Made by a program: the position numbers and the translations under genes
NCBI RefSeq assembly: GCF_030144855.1
Contig: NC_082713.1
Span: forward strand, 34,844,001 to 34,908,000
Direction of reading: 5' to 3'
DNA from: Hypanus sabinus
Taxonomy: Eukaryota
DNA: 64,000 nucleotides
The notes under the pieces: model-generated
What the model was told of the DNA's origin: nothing
What the model saw: the letters and a program-made list of their open reading frames with translations, nothing else
Database searches by the model: none
Shown here: positions 11,426 to 23,012 of the stretch, in pieces
Layout: each line of letters begins with the position of its first letter
How positions within the stretch are numbered: position 1 is the stretch's first letter

Positions 11426-13835
11426 AAAGGGCTGGATGGTTTAGAGTTTGTGAAATGTGTGCAGGATAGTCTTTTGCAACAATACATAGAAGTACCGACT
11501 AGAGATGGGGCAGTGTTGGATCTCCTGTTAGGGAATGCGATAGGTCAACTGACAGATGTATGTGTTGGGGAGCACTTCAGGTCCAGTGATCACAATAGCA
11601 TTAGCTTCAATATAATTATGAAGAAGGACAGGACAGGACCTAGAGTTGAGATTCTTGATTGGAGAAAGGCTAACTTTGAGGAGATGCGAAGGGATTTAGA
11701 GAGAGTGGATTGGGTCAAGTTGTTTTATGGGAAGGATGTAATAGAGAAATGGAGGTCACTTAAGGGTGAAATTATGAGGGTACAGAATCTTTATGTTCCT
11801 GTTAGGTTGAAAGAAAAGGTTAAAGGTTTGAAAGCACCATGGTTTTCAAGGGATATTAGAAATTTGGTTCGGAAAAAAGGGGATGTCTACAATAGATATA
11901 GGCAGCATGGAGTAAATGAATTGCTTGAGGAATATAAAGAATGTAAAAGGAATCTTAAGAAAGAGATTAGAAAAGCTAAAAGAAGATACGAGATTGGTTT
12001 GGCAAATAAGGTGAAAGTAAATCCGAAAGGTTTCTACAGTTATATTAAAAGCAAGAGGATAGTGAGGGATAAAATTGGCCCCTTAGAGAATCAGAGTGGT
12101 CAGCTATGTGTGGAGCCGAGGGAGATGGGAGAGATTTCCTCTCTTCGGTATTCACTAAGGAGAAGGATATTGAATTGTGTAAGGTGTGGGAAACAAGTAA
12201 GGAAGTTATGGAACCTATGACAATTAAAGAGGTGGAAGTACTGGCGCTTTTAAGAAATTTAGAAGTGGATAAATCTCCGGGTCCTGACAGGATATTCCCC
12301 AGGACCTTGAGGGAAGTTTGTGTAGAAATAGCAGGAGCTCTGATAGAGATCTTTAAGATGTCATTAGAAACGGGGATTGTGCCGGAGGATTGGTGTATTG
12401 CTCATGTGGTTCCATTGTTTAAAAAGGGTTCTAGAAGTAAGCCTAGCAATTATAGACCTGTCAGTTTGACATCAGTGGTGGGTAAATTAATGGAAAGTAT
12501 TCTTAGAGATAGTATTAATAATTATCTGGATAGACAGGATCTGATTAGGAGTAGCCAGCATGGATTTGTGCGTGGAAGGTCATGTTTGACAAACCTTATT
12601 GAATTTTTTGAAGAAGTTACGAGGAATGTTGACGAGGGTAAGGCAGTGGATGTAGTCTATATGGACTTCAGCAAAGCCTTTGACAAAGTTCCACATGGAA
12701 GGTTAGTTAAGAAGGTTCAGTCGTTAGGTATTAATGCTGGAGTAATAAAATGGATTCATCAGTGGCTAGATGGGAGATGCCAGAGAGTAGTGGTGGATAA
12801 TTGTTTATCGGGATGGAGGCCGGTGACTAGCGGGGTGCCTCAGGGATCTGTTTTGGGCCCAATGTTGTTTGTAATATACATAAATGATCTAGATGATGGG
12901 GTGGTAAATTGGACTAGTAAGTATGCCCATGATACTAAGGTAGGAGTTGTTGTGGATAATGAGGTGGGTTTTCAAAGCTTGCAGGGAGATTTATGCCGGT
13001 TAGAAGAATGGGCTGAACGTTGGCAGATGGAGTTTAATGCTGAGAAGTGTGAGGTTCTACATTTTGGCAGGAATAATCCATATAGAACATACAGGGTAAA
13101 TAGTAGGGCATTGAGGAATGCAGAGGAACAGAGAGATCTAGGAATAACAGTGCATAGTTCCCTGAAGGTGGAGTCTCATGTAGATAGGGTGGTGAAGAAG
13201 GCTTTTGGAACACTGGCCTTTATAAATCAAAGCATTGAGTACAGAAGTTGGAATGTAATGTTAAAATTGTACAAGGCATTGGTAAGGCCAAATTTAGAAT
13301 ATTGTGTGCAGTTCTGGTCACCGAATTATAGGAAATATATCAATAAATTAGAGAGAGTGCAGAGACGATTTACTAGGATGTTACCTGGGTTTCAGCACTG
13401 AAGTTACAGAGAAAGGTTGAACAAGTTAGGTCTCTATTCATTGGAGTGTAGAAGGTTGAGGGGGGATTTGATCGAGGTATTTAAAATTTTGAGAAGGATA
13501 GATAGAGTTGACGTGAATAGGCTGTTTCCATTGAGAGTAAGGGAGATTCAAATGAGAGGACATGATTTGAGAGTTGGGGGCAGAAGTTTAAGGGAAACAT
13601 GAGGGGGTATTTCTTTACTCAGAGAGTGATAGCTGTGTGGAATGAGCTTCCTGTAGAGGTAGTAGAGGCCAGTTCAGTTGTGTCATTTAAGGTAAAATTG
13701 GATAGGTATATGGACAGGAAAGGAGTGGAGGGTTATTGTCTGAGTGCGGGTAGGTGGGACTAGGTGAGATTAAGAGTTCGGCACAGACTAGGAGGGCCGA
13801 GATGGCCTGCTTCCGTGCTGTGATTGTTCTATGTT
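11426..13835 (+). mobile_element. Young 5'-truncated CR1 LINE (partial endonuclease plus RT)
   Basis: ORFs 11363-12220 and 12106-13401: [46 protein letters not shown]; catalytic motif reads YAHDTK; frameshift near 12130; stop at 13401; tail ttctatgtt. Confidence 0.96.
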
Positions 13836-15131
13836 AAATGTGCAGGCAATCACATTATGATATATGTCATAGATACAGCAGTGACATCAGAGTGCAAGGA
13901 TGACCTACCATAGAAGTAAGTTATGAGATGAAGTACTGTAGTCCAAATTGGTTATTGCATTTCACACCGGAGAGAAAACAAACCAACTTTTCAGGTTCAA
14001 TACAAAAAAAAATTACAATACAATTGAATTATCTTGATTCACCCATTTATTAACTTGTGAAAAACATTTATTTAGTATTCAAGTCATCATGCAGTTTGTC
14101 AATTTGTTACTATTATTGTTTTATATTAAGGTAGGCGTATGTGAGAAATTCCAGTGGATAAATTACTCTTGCTCTGTTTGATTTTTTCAAAAATTGAATC
14201 CATTGTAAATTTAATGCCTGAAATCTTGATGGATTATTATGAGAATATTTGAATAAGCTGTTTACATATTTATTGAAAAGACTATGAAAGGCAGTGAATT
14301 AGAGGTGGAGCAAGCCAATGACTTACAGTAAGTAGTCTTTTGTTCAGGAAAGTAAACCAATTGATTCAGTGTCTTTAAAGAATGAAGGAAGCATAAAATA
14401 GAAAATTCTCTACATAAAAAGAGCAATTTCTTCAATAACTGCTGTAAGGGAAACACAATTATCTACTAATTGTGTGCAGAAAATCAGTCTCAGTCACGAA
14501 ACAGGATCAACTGGGGAATAGCTCAGTCACGTTTGCTCATTGGCCACAATGTTCCCTTAATAAATAACATAAACTATTTCAAGGAACAATACAACATGAC
14601 AGATCAACTTATTTTCAAAGTAAAACTCTTTTATTAGTTCTGCATATTTTGTCAGTTGACCCATGTCTGTGCTGAATATGATGCCAAATTAAATTATCTC
14701 CTCTGCTTGCACCTGATCCAATATCCCTTCCTTACCATATTCATGTGTCTATCTTAAAAAAAGCCTCTCAAACTCTTCTGTCATAACTGCTTCCACCACA
14801 CTCAAGACAGCACCTTCCAAGTACCTACCAGTCTTTGTGTAAAAAAAAACTTGCCAGGGATATCTCCCTTAAACTTTCATCCACTTTTTTAAATGCAGGT
14901 TTTTTAGCATTTGACATATCTGCCCCTGGGAAGGTCTTAACTGTCTACCTATCTATGCCTCCCATAGTTATATGAACTTCTAACAGGTCTCCTTTCAACT
15001 TCCAGTGCTTGAGAGAAAACAATCCAAATTTATTTCAACTCTCCTTATACTGTAGCTCATATCCTCTAATCCAGGCAATATCCTGGTTTAGCTCTTCGTA
15101 TCCTTTCCAAAGCATCCACATCATTTCTGTT

Positions 15132-15954
15132 CGGCAAACACGAGGAAATCTGCAAATGCTGGAAATTCAAGCAACACACACAAAATGCTGGTGGAATGCA
15201 GCAGGCCAGGCAGCATCTATAGGGAGAAGCACTGTCAATGTTTTGGGCACAAGTATAATTCTCTGTAACTTCCGCCACCTCCAACGGGATCCCACTACCA
15301 AGCACATCGTTCTCTCCCCCCCCTTCTGCTTTCCACAGGGATCGCTCCCTACGCGACTGCCTTGTCCATTCATCCCCCCACATCCCTTCCCACCAATCTC
15401 CCTCCTGGCACTTATCCTTGCCAGCGGAACAAGTGCTACACCTGCCGTTACACTTGCTCCCTCACCAACATTCAGGGCCCCAGAGAGTCCTTCCAGGTGA
15501 GGCAACACTTCACCTGTGAGTCGGCTGGTGTGGTATACTGTGTCTGTTGTTTCCAGTGTGGCCTTTTATATATTGGTGAGACCTGACACAGACTGGGATA
15601 TATCCCTGATATATTTAGTTTTTTTTCCTCTCTCTGCCCATCGCTCTGCCTGTTCTCCATCTCCCTCTGGTTCTTCCCTGCCCCCTTCTTTCTCCCTAGG
15701 CCTCCCATCCCATGATCTTTTCCCTTCACTAGCTCTGTATCCCTTTTGCCAATCACCTTTCTGGTTCTCATCTTTACCCCAACCCCTCCGGCCTTCTCCT
15801 ATCATTTTGCATTTTCCCCTCCCCCTCCTACTTTCAAATCTCTTTTTCCTTTCTTGTTAGTCCTGACGAAGGGTCTCGGCCCGAAACATCGACAGTGCTT
15901 CTCCCTATAGATGCTGCCTGACCTGCTGCGTTCCACCAGCTTTTTGTGTGTGTA
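15132..15954 (+). mobile_element. Penelope-like element with inverted 5' pLTR, GIY-YIG fragment and 3' pLTR
   Basis: Inverted pLTR 15135-15248; PGTYPCQRNKCYTC...HFTCESAGVVYCVCCFQCGLLYIGET (PLE Zn-finger/GIY-YIG); TSD-like acatcatttctgtt (15118-15131) and acatcttttctgtt (15955-15968). Confidence 0.88.
15860..15893 (+). ncRNA. Minimal type-I hammerhead ribozyme motif in PLE pLTR
   Basis: GTC-CTGACGA-A-GGGT(CTCG)GCCC-GAAA-CA-TC-GAC: stem I GTC/GAC, conserved core, stem II with tetraloop, UC cleavage site; stem III palindrome ACGT decayed to ACAT. Confidence 0.75.
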
Positions 15955-16999
15955 ACATCTTTTCTGTTTATAGGGCAACCAGAAATGCATACAACTGTGT
16001 GCAGCATGACTCCCTTACTCCAGTACACAGTACTCTGACCAACAAGGATGTCTTCTTTATCTACTGTGTAACCACTTTTAGGGAGCTAAGGACTAGGACC
16101 CCAATATTCCTCTGTACTTCAGTACTGTTAAGGGTCCTGCCATTAATTATGTATTCTGCCCATTCACTTGACTTGTCAAAGTGCAAAATCTTACACCTGC
16201 CTGGATTTTTCAGGTTGTCAATCACAAGAGAGAAAAACGTTCAAGGGGTGAGACAAGCTAATCTTCATGGTTTCTGAATGATACCAGTGCCCTCAAAGGC
16301 ATAATTTTGGTATCTGTTTTCCACATAAGTCAGAAACTTTGGCTTACACAAGATATTACAGATGCTGGAATATTCCAACTTTCCTGTTTTGAGGTGTCAC
16401 CAATTCAAAAAGGTCATTGTAGAAAGTCCACCGACAGTCACAGTGCAATATTTACATATAAATAAATTAAACAAGAAATCACTTCTATATTCTTGATGGA
16501 GCTAGTCCACAATCCCAGGATGACATACTCTGATAAGAGAAAACCAGAAAAACTACAGATGCCTGAAATCGGAAACAAAAGCACAAACAGCAAGTCACAC
16601 TGCGTGTGTGGGAAGAGAAATAGGGTCAATGTTTCAGTCAAAGCTCGTTTGTAAGAAACATTGCCTTTGTTTGTCCTCCCACATATGCAGCCTGGCCTGC
16701 TGAATATTTGCAATGTTTTACTTAAGTTTTCTTGGTAAGTCTCATTCACCAAGATTTAAGATCAATTGTTGTTTGCTATACCACCATCCAAATTACTATC
16801 AGGATTTTTGAACATATCAGGAAATTGCAATATAATCTTTCTGGTCTTGATTTCATTCCCTTTTAACCAATGGACTTGTTGATGTTGTTGGTTCTGGGTT
16901 ACAATGTATTATGGCTGTGGTAGAGACTTAACATTAAGATTCAAGCATAATTAATAATTAAATTTATTGTTAATTGAAAGATTATTTCTAGTTGTATTA

Positions 17000-17552
17000 G
17001 AAACATAGAAAACCTACAGCACAATACAGGCCCTTCAGCCCACAAGGTTGTGCCGAACACGTCCCTACCCTGGAAATTACTAGGCTTACCTATAGCCCTC
17101 AATTTTTCTAAGCTCCATGTACCTATCCAAAAGTTTCCTAAAAGACCCTATCGTATCTGCCTCCACCACCTTTGCTGGCAGCCCATTCCACGCACTCATC
17201 ACCCTCTGAGTAAAAAACTTACCCCTGACATCTCCTCTGTACCTACTCCCCAGCACCTTAAACCTGTGTCCTCTTGTGGCAATCATTTCAGTCCTGGGAA
17301 AAAGCCTCTGATTATCCACACGATCAACGCCTCTCAACGACTTATACACCTCAGTAAGGTCACCTCTCACCCTCTGTCACTCCAAGGAGAAAAGGCCAGG
17401 TTCACTCAACCTATCCTCATAAGATATGCTCCCCAATCTTGGCAACATCCTTGTAAATCTCCTCTGCACCTTTTCTATGGCTTCCATATCCTTCCTGTAG
17501 TGAGGTACCCAAAACTGAGCTCAGAAGTCCAAGTGGGGTCTAACCAGGGTCC
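17000..17552 (-). mobile_element. Young CR1 3' end
   Basis: MRGDLTEVYKSLRGVDRVD...FFTQRVMSAWNGLP; (CTATGTTT)-like tail at 17000-17012. Confidence 0.92.
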
Positions 17553-18885
17553 TGCAACAACAGCAAGCCTAAATCCAGTAGCAATGGTTGGACATGTTGC
17601 TCCCCATTATATCATTGTGCAAATGTAGCAGGTTCAAATTTAATTGGTTTATTGACATGATCTTGGAACATGGAATTTAGACAATTGCAACTGTAATGCA
17701 CTGTAAGGTTTCACTGCTAATGTAATGGTTTCTCCGTAGCAGCAATAGTTTGGGTTATGACTAGAGATAATGGGGGCCTTGGAATGTGTGCCAACCAATG
17801 AGAGGTATGCTGTTCTTTCTTGTGGGTCTGAGAGAAGGGGTTTTATGTTCTTTTGTTGGTGAGAGTTGGAGAGAGAAGACGTGAATGGAGAGAGTTGGCA
17901 GACCGCTGGACAGAATGGACTTGGAGTGAGAGATAAGGCTGCAAAATAAAACAGACAATGTTGATATTGCAGATGGAGTGTAGATTTAGAAACTGATGGT
18001 TCAACTTCCATTGATTGGTCTGCATGGATATTTTCTGTGGCATTTATATTTTTGATAAAATTATATTCAATTTTTATGGAATATAATTGCAGTTTACTAA
18101 ATGGTGCAAAAATACATCAACACCACTGTACAAGCAGTCATGATTTTAGATGGATGTTTCTACATTGAGCATGTGAGCTCCAATGTCTCATTTGGCCGAT
18201 ATTGGGCCAAAGCATTTTGCCTCTGGCCAGCTCTTTACTGATCACTGTAAGCAACTGTGCTTTGTAATGCAGAAATCAAAGATGATTTGGAGGTCAGAAT
18301 ATGATGATACATTCTTTTCCACCAATGGACTCACCATTGAGTTAAGTTTGTAAGAGGCCAGAAGCACTTCACATCTAATTCTTCAACTTAATGACAGCTA
18401 TGACTGTTGTAACTAGTGTACAGCGAGTTTCTCATATTCCCTTACACAATAATTGAATGGAGTTGCTAACTGTAAGTAAAATGTCAAGTGCGGATTAGCC
18501 ATTTATTTCCTTTTCATTTGACATTAATGATGATTCTTTTATTAAGTACCTTATGGCATCTCTTTTTTTTACTTTTGCTTCATAATTTAAAAAAAAATTC
18601 TCTCCTTATCCAGATCAGTGTCCGGAAGTGGGCACCAAAAGCAGAGACTTCGATTTATTAGAAAGAAAAGCTTCAGAAGATAAGAAATAGGAGTAGGTTT
18701 ATTTGGTGCTTTGTGCCTAACCTGTCAATAAGATTATTGATGATCATTTACCTCAGTGCTATATTCCTCCACTAGCCTCTTACCTTTTGATTCACCATTT
18801 CATCAACAGATTTTGAAATTGACTTCCAATCATCAGAGCGCCAATCTAATTAGACCTTTCGATATAAAAATTTCAATATACTTAC

Positions 18886-19121
18886 CCTAAACCTCCTTCC
18901 AAAGACTGCAAGAGTCCCCCTTGACTGTTCCTTTCTCTGCCTCCACTCCACTATGTTAGGATTGTGTTCAGCGGGCAATGAAATATTACATTTTCCCATT
19001 GTTGGATTTGCAGCTCCAGCCAGAATGTGAGGTTCTGTCTGTAGAGTCAGTTCCATTCCACTGGCAAAGGTTACTTGCAAAGAGCCGTCAGGATCAACCC
19101 AGTAAGTATTCTGAATATGCT
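18886..19121 (-). CDS. TENM1: Teneurin-1 internal coding exon
   Basis: ttccag|AG CAT ATT; donor TTT AGG|gtaagt; 236 bp, phase 1 to phase 0. EHIQNTYWVDPDGSLQVTFASGMELTLQTEPHILAGAANPTMGKCNISLPAEHNPNIVEWRQRKEQ...FGRRFR. Confidence 0.94.
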
Positions 19122-20999
19122 CTGGAATAGAAGGTCCCTAGCATGATTAATAATTCAATTTTGCTTCTAATTAAACTACTGATAGTGGCTTCCACTTAGC
19201 CCACTAATATCAAATTTCACACAATAATGCAGTTGCTGGCAGTGAAGCTTAAAGGGTAGAAAATAACGTTTGTGATAATTAAGAAATAAACTACATTATT
19301 AAGACTGAAAATGCTATAAAAACACTGGAACTTGCATGAGTCAGTAGTTGTTAAAGTGCTTACTTATCTTTATTTCTATCGCACACATATATGCGCAAAG
19401 CTGTCTACTCATGTGGTTGGACAGTGACTTTCCATTATGTTCAAAATTTAAATGTCATACATTGCTCCCCACAGATTTTGGAGTTGTTCAGTTTATATTT
19501 TAAAGAGGTTAACTGTTGGTTAGCTGATTAGAGCACGGGCCAGTACAGTGATGCAGAATAAACTTTTGGTGGTCACCCCAGTGGTAATCAAAGTATTGTC
19601 ATTTTAAATATTAATAGAGCCAAGAGGAATAGGGGAGACCTTACAGTAGTTTTTACTGATTAATCCAGTGGAGTTGGTTACCCTTATATAATCATTTATT
19701 TCCATTATGATTCTGCAGATAGTTTTTTTTCCACATGAGCTTGATTGGAAGAATGTCAGTGCTTTCCATATCTATAGCAAGAAGGAAAACTGTGCAAGCA
19801 AGTAATATAAAAATGTTTTAGAAGACAAAAACTACCTATCAGACTGTCATAGATTGAAAGAAATTCTGTACATTGCTGAAGCTGTACTCAAGTGTTAGAT
19901 TATGTATGGGAAGTAATAATGATCATAGTATATCAGCTATAAGCTATGAAACTGTTGTTCACTGAAGATGAAACATTTTTGAGTATGGACATAATTTACT
20001 TGGATGGAACTGTGAGGGGCTTCTTCTCCATTGTCCTACATCATAATGATTACTACTAGCCCATCTCACTATAGTACCCTCTTCCATTTTTATGTAGATT
20101 AATTTTTTACTAAATGACATGTTTGTTTTTCCCTCCTTTTCTAAATCTTTCACTTTGCGGTCTGTCTGCTCTGGTTATCAGTAGTCTTTTGTGACCTATT
20201 TAAATGACCTTCATGCCTGATAACAGTGAGACTTGGCAAGGTGTTGTTCGTTTTATGTATGACAGCCATTAAACGTATACACATACGTTTCAATGGATAA
20301 TGATCAAGAAGAGAATTTCAAAATGAGCTTCTCCTTATTGCTTGGGAACAAATTGATTAGTTGAGGTGCTGCAAATGTTGCCTCTGCAAGGATCTAAACT
20401 CAAGGTTCAAGTTGGGGGAATTTGGTGAAGTGAGGGGAAGTTGAGTTGTTATACTTTAGGATAGCAGGTAGGAGATTGGGCAACAAGTATAGTATCAAAT
20501 TTGTATTTTTTAAAGAATAGTCCTGTTTTAAGATAGAGTTAAGAACTATAAAACAAATAGCTTAATTAATTATTTAAATAAATTACAAATCATCACTTAA
20601 TGAAATTCTACCACATCTAAAAGGAAAATCTCTAGCACAAATATCTTGGCTCAGAGTCATTAAGGGAAGTTAGAGCAACACATAATGTTGAAGGTGTTTA
20701 TCCAGGAAACAATCTTAACCCAGAAAAACAAACACAGATTTTGAAAATAGAGTTTTTGTATGTTAGGCATTCAGATAATCGGTAGCTACAAGAAGGGGAG
20801 AGCAAAGTTCAATAGATATTACTCCTGTTAATCTGGTAAGATCTGTGAAGACAATGAGAAATGCTGCAGACCAGATTGCCACAACACAGACAAAGGCTAT
20901 TGTACAGCAATATACACAGTGTCCTTAATAAAAAGGGAAGCTAAAGACGTTCATGAGGTTGAAGAAAATTTATGTGAAAATTAAGATATACTGAAAAGT

Positions 21000-21720
21000 C
21001 AGGACTGTGGATTAATAATCAGAAATGATAGAGGTAAAAGGAATAGGTGGAGTTGTGATTGTTAATAGGGTATCATGAAGGCAGTAGAAAAAAATGAATA
21101 CAGGTGTAAGATACAAAATTAGAATTCATGTTGATTTAAATGAAGAGGATGAAGAATCAAATATTTGGAAAGATGGAATGTACCAGGAAAAAACTCAGCA
21201 GATCAAGGACCACCTACGGAAAGAGAAACAGAGTTAACATCTTAAATCAAAGATGCTTTGCCTCTCACAGACATTGTCTACAGATCGCTTTATAGTGGAA
21301 GAAGAGATACACATACATATTAGGGAAATAAGTAAAATGCGTAAATTAATAATTATGGGAGATTTCACTGACCCAGATATTAACCAGATCAAATGTGGTA
21401 AGTAAAGTGGACAAAGGGAAGGACTTACTAAAGTGTGATCAGTTCCCTTTTCTAACACAATAAATGATCTAGAGTAGATAAGCACAAGTAGTAGACCATT
21501 TAAGGGCAGTAGTGACCATAGTATTATACATTTAAGATGATAATTGAGAAGGGTACAATCAGGATCAGCACAAGGTCCAAAAAAAATTATCTTGAAGTAC
21601 TGAGAACAGAACTTAGTTAAGTAAAATGGACACCAATATTACAAGCACCAATGCAAAAAATAATGGGTAACATTTAAAATGGTGTTTAACACAGTGTAGG
21701 TTAAACATATTCTTCTGTAA
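21000..21720 (+). mobile_element. Very old CR1 endonuclease-region fragment
   Basis: IIMGDF and GSSDH motifs (attatgggagatttc, ggcagtagtgaccat); degenerate PLE tail nested at about 21170-21270. Confidence 0.5.
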
Positions 21721-22496
21721 GAAAAGAACAAAATAAACAAACATGAGACTCCAGTGAGACATAAAGGAATAATGATGGAATAATATTTTTAGCTGAGGAA
21801 AAATCAGAGAAGCTTAAGTGGGCATGAACATGGCCATAAATTAGTTGAGCTGAATGGTTTGTTTCTGTGCTGAATTTCCTCTGTAAATAACATTCCATGG
21901 TTCATTCACCCAGTTTAGCAGATCAAACTGTGATATTTTCTCTGAGCTCAGTCTACACAACTTTTGGCAAATGAGTACCGGCTTTAGCAATTTTCACCAG
22001 AATTCAGTGTGAGATTTGGATTCATAAATCTAGATTGTTCCATATCACTTCCAGCACACAATGTAAAGAAGGATATAATAATTGTTACTCTGGTCTGATG
22101 CAGCACAGAAAAACAACACAATAAGATAAAGAAAAAAACTCAATAAATATAAATACATAAGTTAGCTTATGTAGATGCATTTATTGTATGGCTATAAAGT
22201 GATGATAAGCACAGGAGTGTCTGTTCATAAGGTGACTGACAGGAAATGATAAAGTAGTTGTGGTTGGGGTGCAGAGGGGTTCAAAGTTCAAAGTAAATAT
22301 ACATCACTATATACAACCCTGAGATTCTTATCCTTGCAACAATCCTAGTAAATAATAGAAACAAAATGGAATGAAAGACCATACCCAACAGGGTGGAAAA
22401 TAACCAATATGCAAATAAAACTCAACAAATTGTGCAAAAACAAAAAGAAAGAGAAAAGAAATAGTAACAATAATAATAATAATAATACATAAGTAA

Positions 22497-22972
22497 TGAA
22501 CATAGAACATAGAAAATTACAGGACAGTACAGACCCTTCAGCCCACAATGTTGTGTGACCCTTAAACCCTGAATCCCATATATCCCCCCACCTTAAATTC
22601 CTCCATGTACCTGTCTAGTAGTCTCTTATATTTCACTAGTGTGTCTGCCTCCACCACTGACTTAGGCAGTGCATTCCATGCACCAACCACTCTATGAGTA
22701 AAAAACCTTCCTCTGATATCCCCTTTGAATTTCCCTCCCTTTACCTTAAAGCCATGTCCTCTTGTATTGAGCAGTGGTGCCCTGGGGAAGAGGTGCTGGC
22801 TGTCCACTCTGTCTATTCCTCTTAATATCTTGTATCATATACCTCTATCATATCTCCTCTCATCCTCCTTCTCTCCAAAGAGTAAAGCCCTAGCTCCCTT
22901 AATCTCTGATCATAATCCATACTCTCTTAACCAGGCAGCATCCTGGTAAATCTCCTCTGTACCCTTTCCAAT
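22497..22972 (-). mobile_element. Young CR1 3' end nested in the Rex1 3' UTR
   Basis: LERVQRRFTRMLPG...TRGHGFKVKGGKFKGDIRGRFFTHRVV; tail gaacatagaacatagaa. Confidence 0.9.
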
Positions 22973-22974
22973 GT

Positions 22975-23012
22975 CAAAAACATCAAGAACATCAAGAATA
23001 TCAAGAACATGA
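22975..23012. repeat. 9-bp tandem repeat (TCAAGAACA)x4 at the CR1/Rex1 junction
   Basis: tcaaaaaca tcaagaaca tcaagaata tcaagaaca. Confidence 0.8.

Larger units (their letters stand above)
14650..16200 (-). mobile_element. Old CR1 3' fragment, interrupted at 15132-15954
   Basis: DVDALERIRR on the minus strand; CR1 sequence resumes at tagggcaaccagaaatgcatacaa. Confidence 0.7.

Noticed and set aside
11363-13401. Long ORFs as an active or domesticated reverse transcriptase
   Set aside because: 5'-truncated CR1 with a frameshift, premature stop and catalytic DD changed to HD; the N-terminal residues come from flanking DNA.
19121-19124. Alternative acceptor at the tandem AGAG
   Set aside because: Using the second AG shifts the frame by 2 nt; only the first AG keeps phase with the upstream exon.
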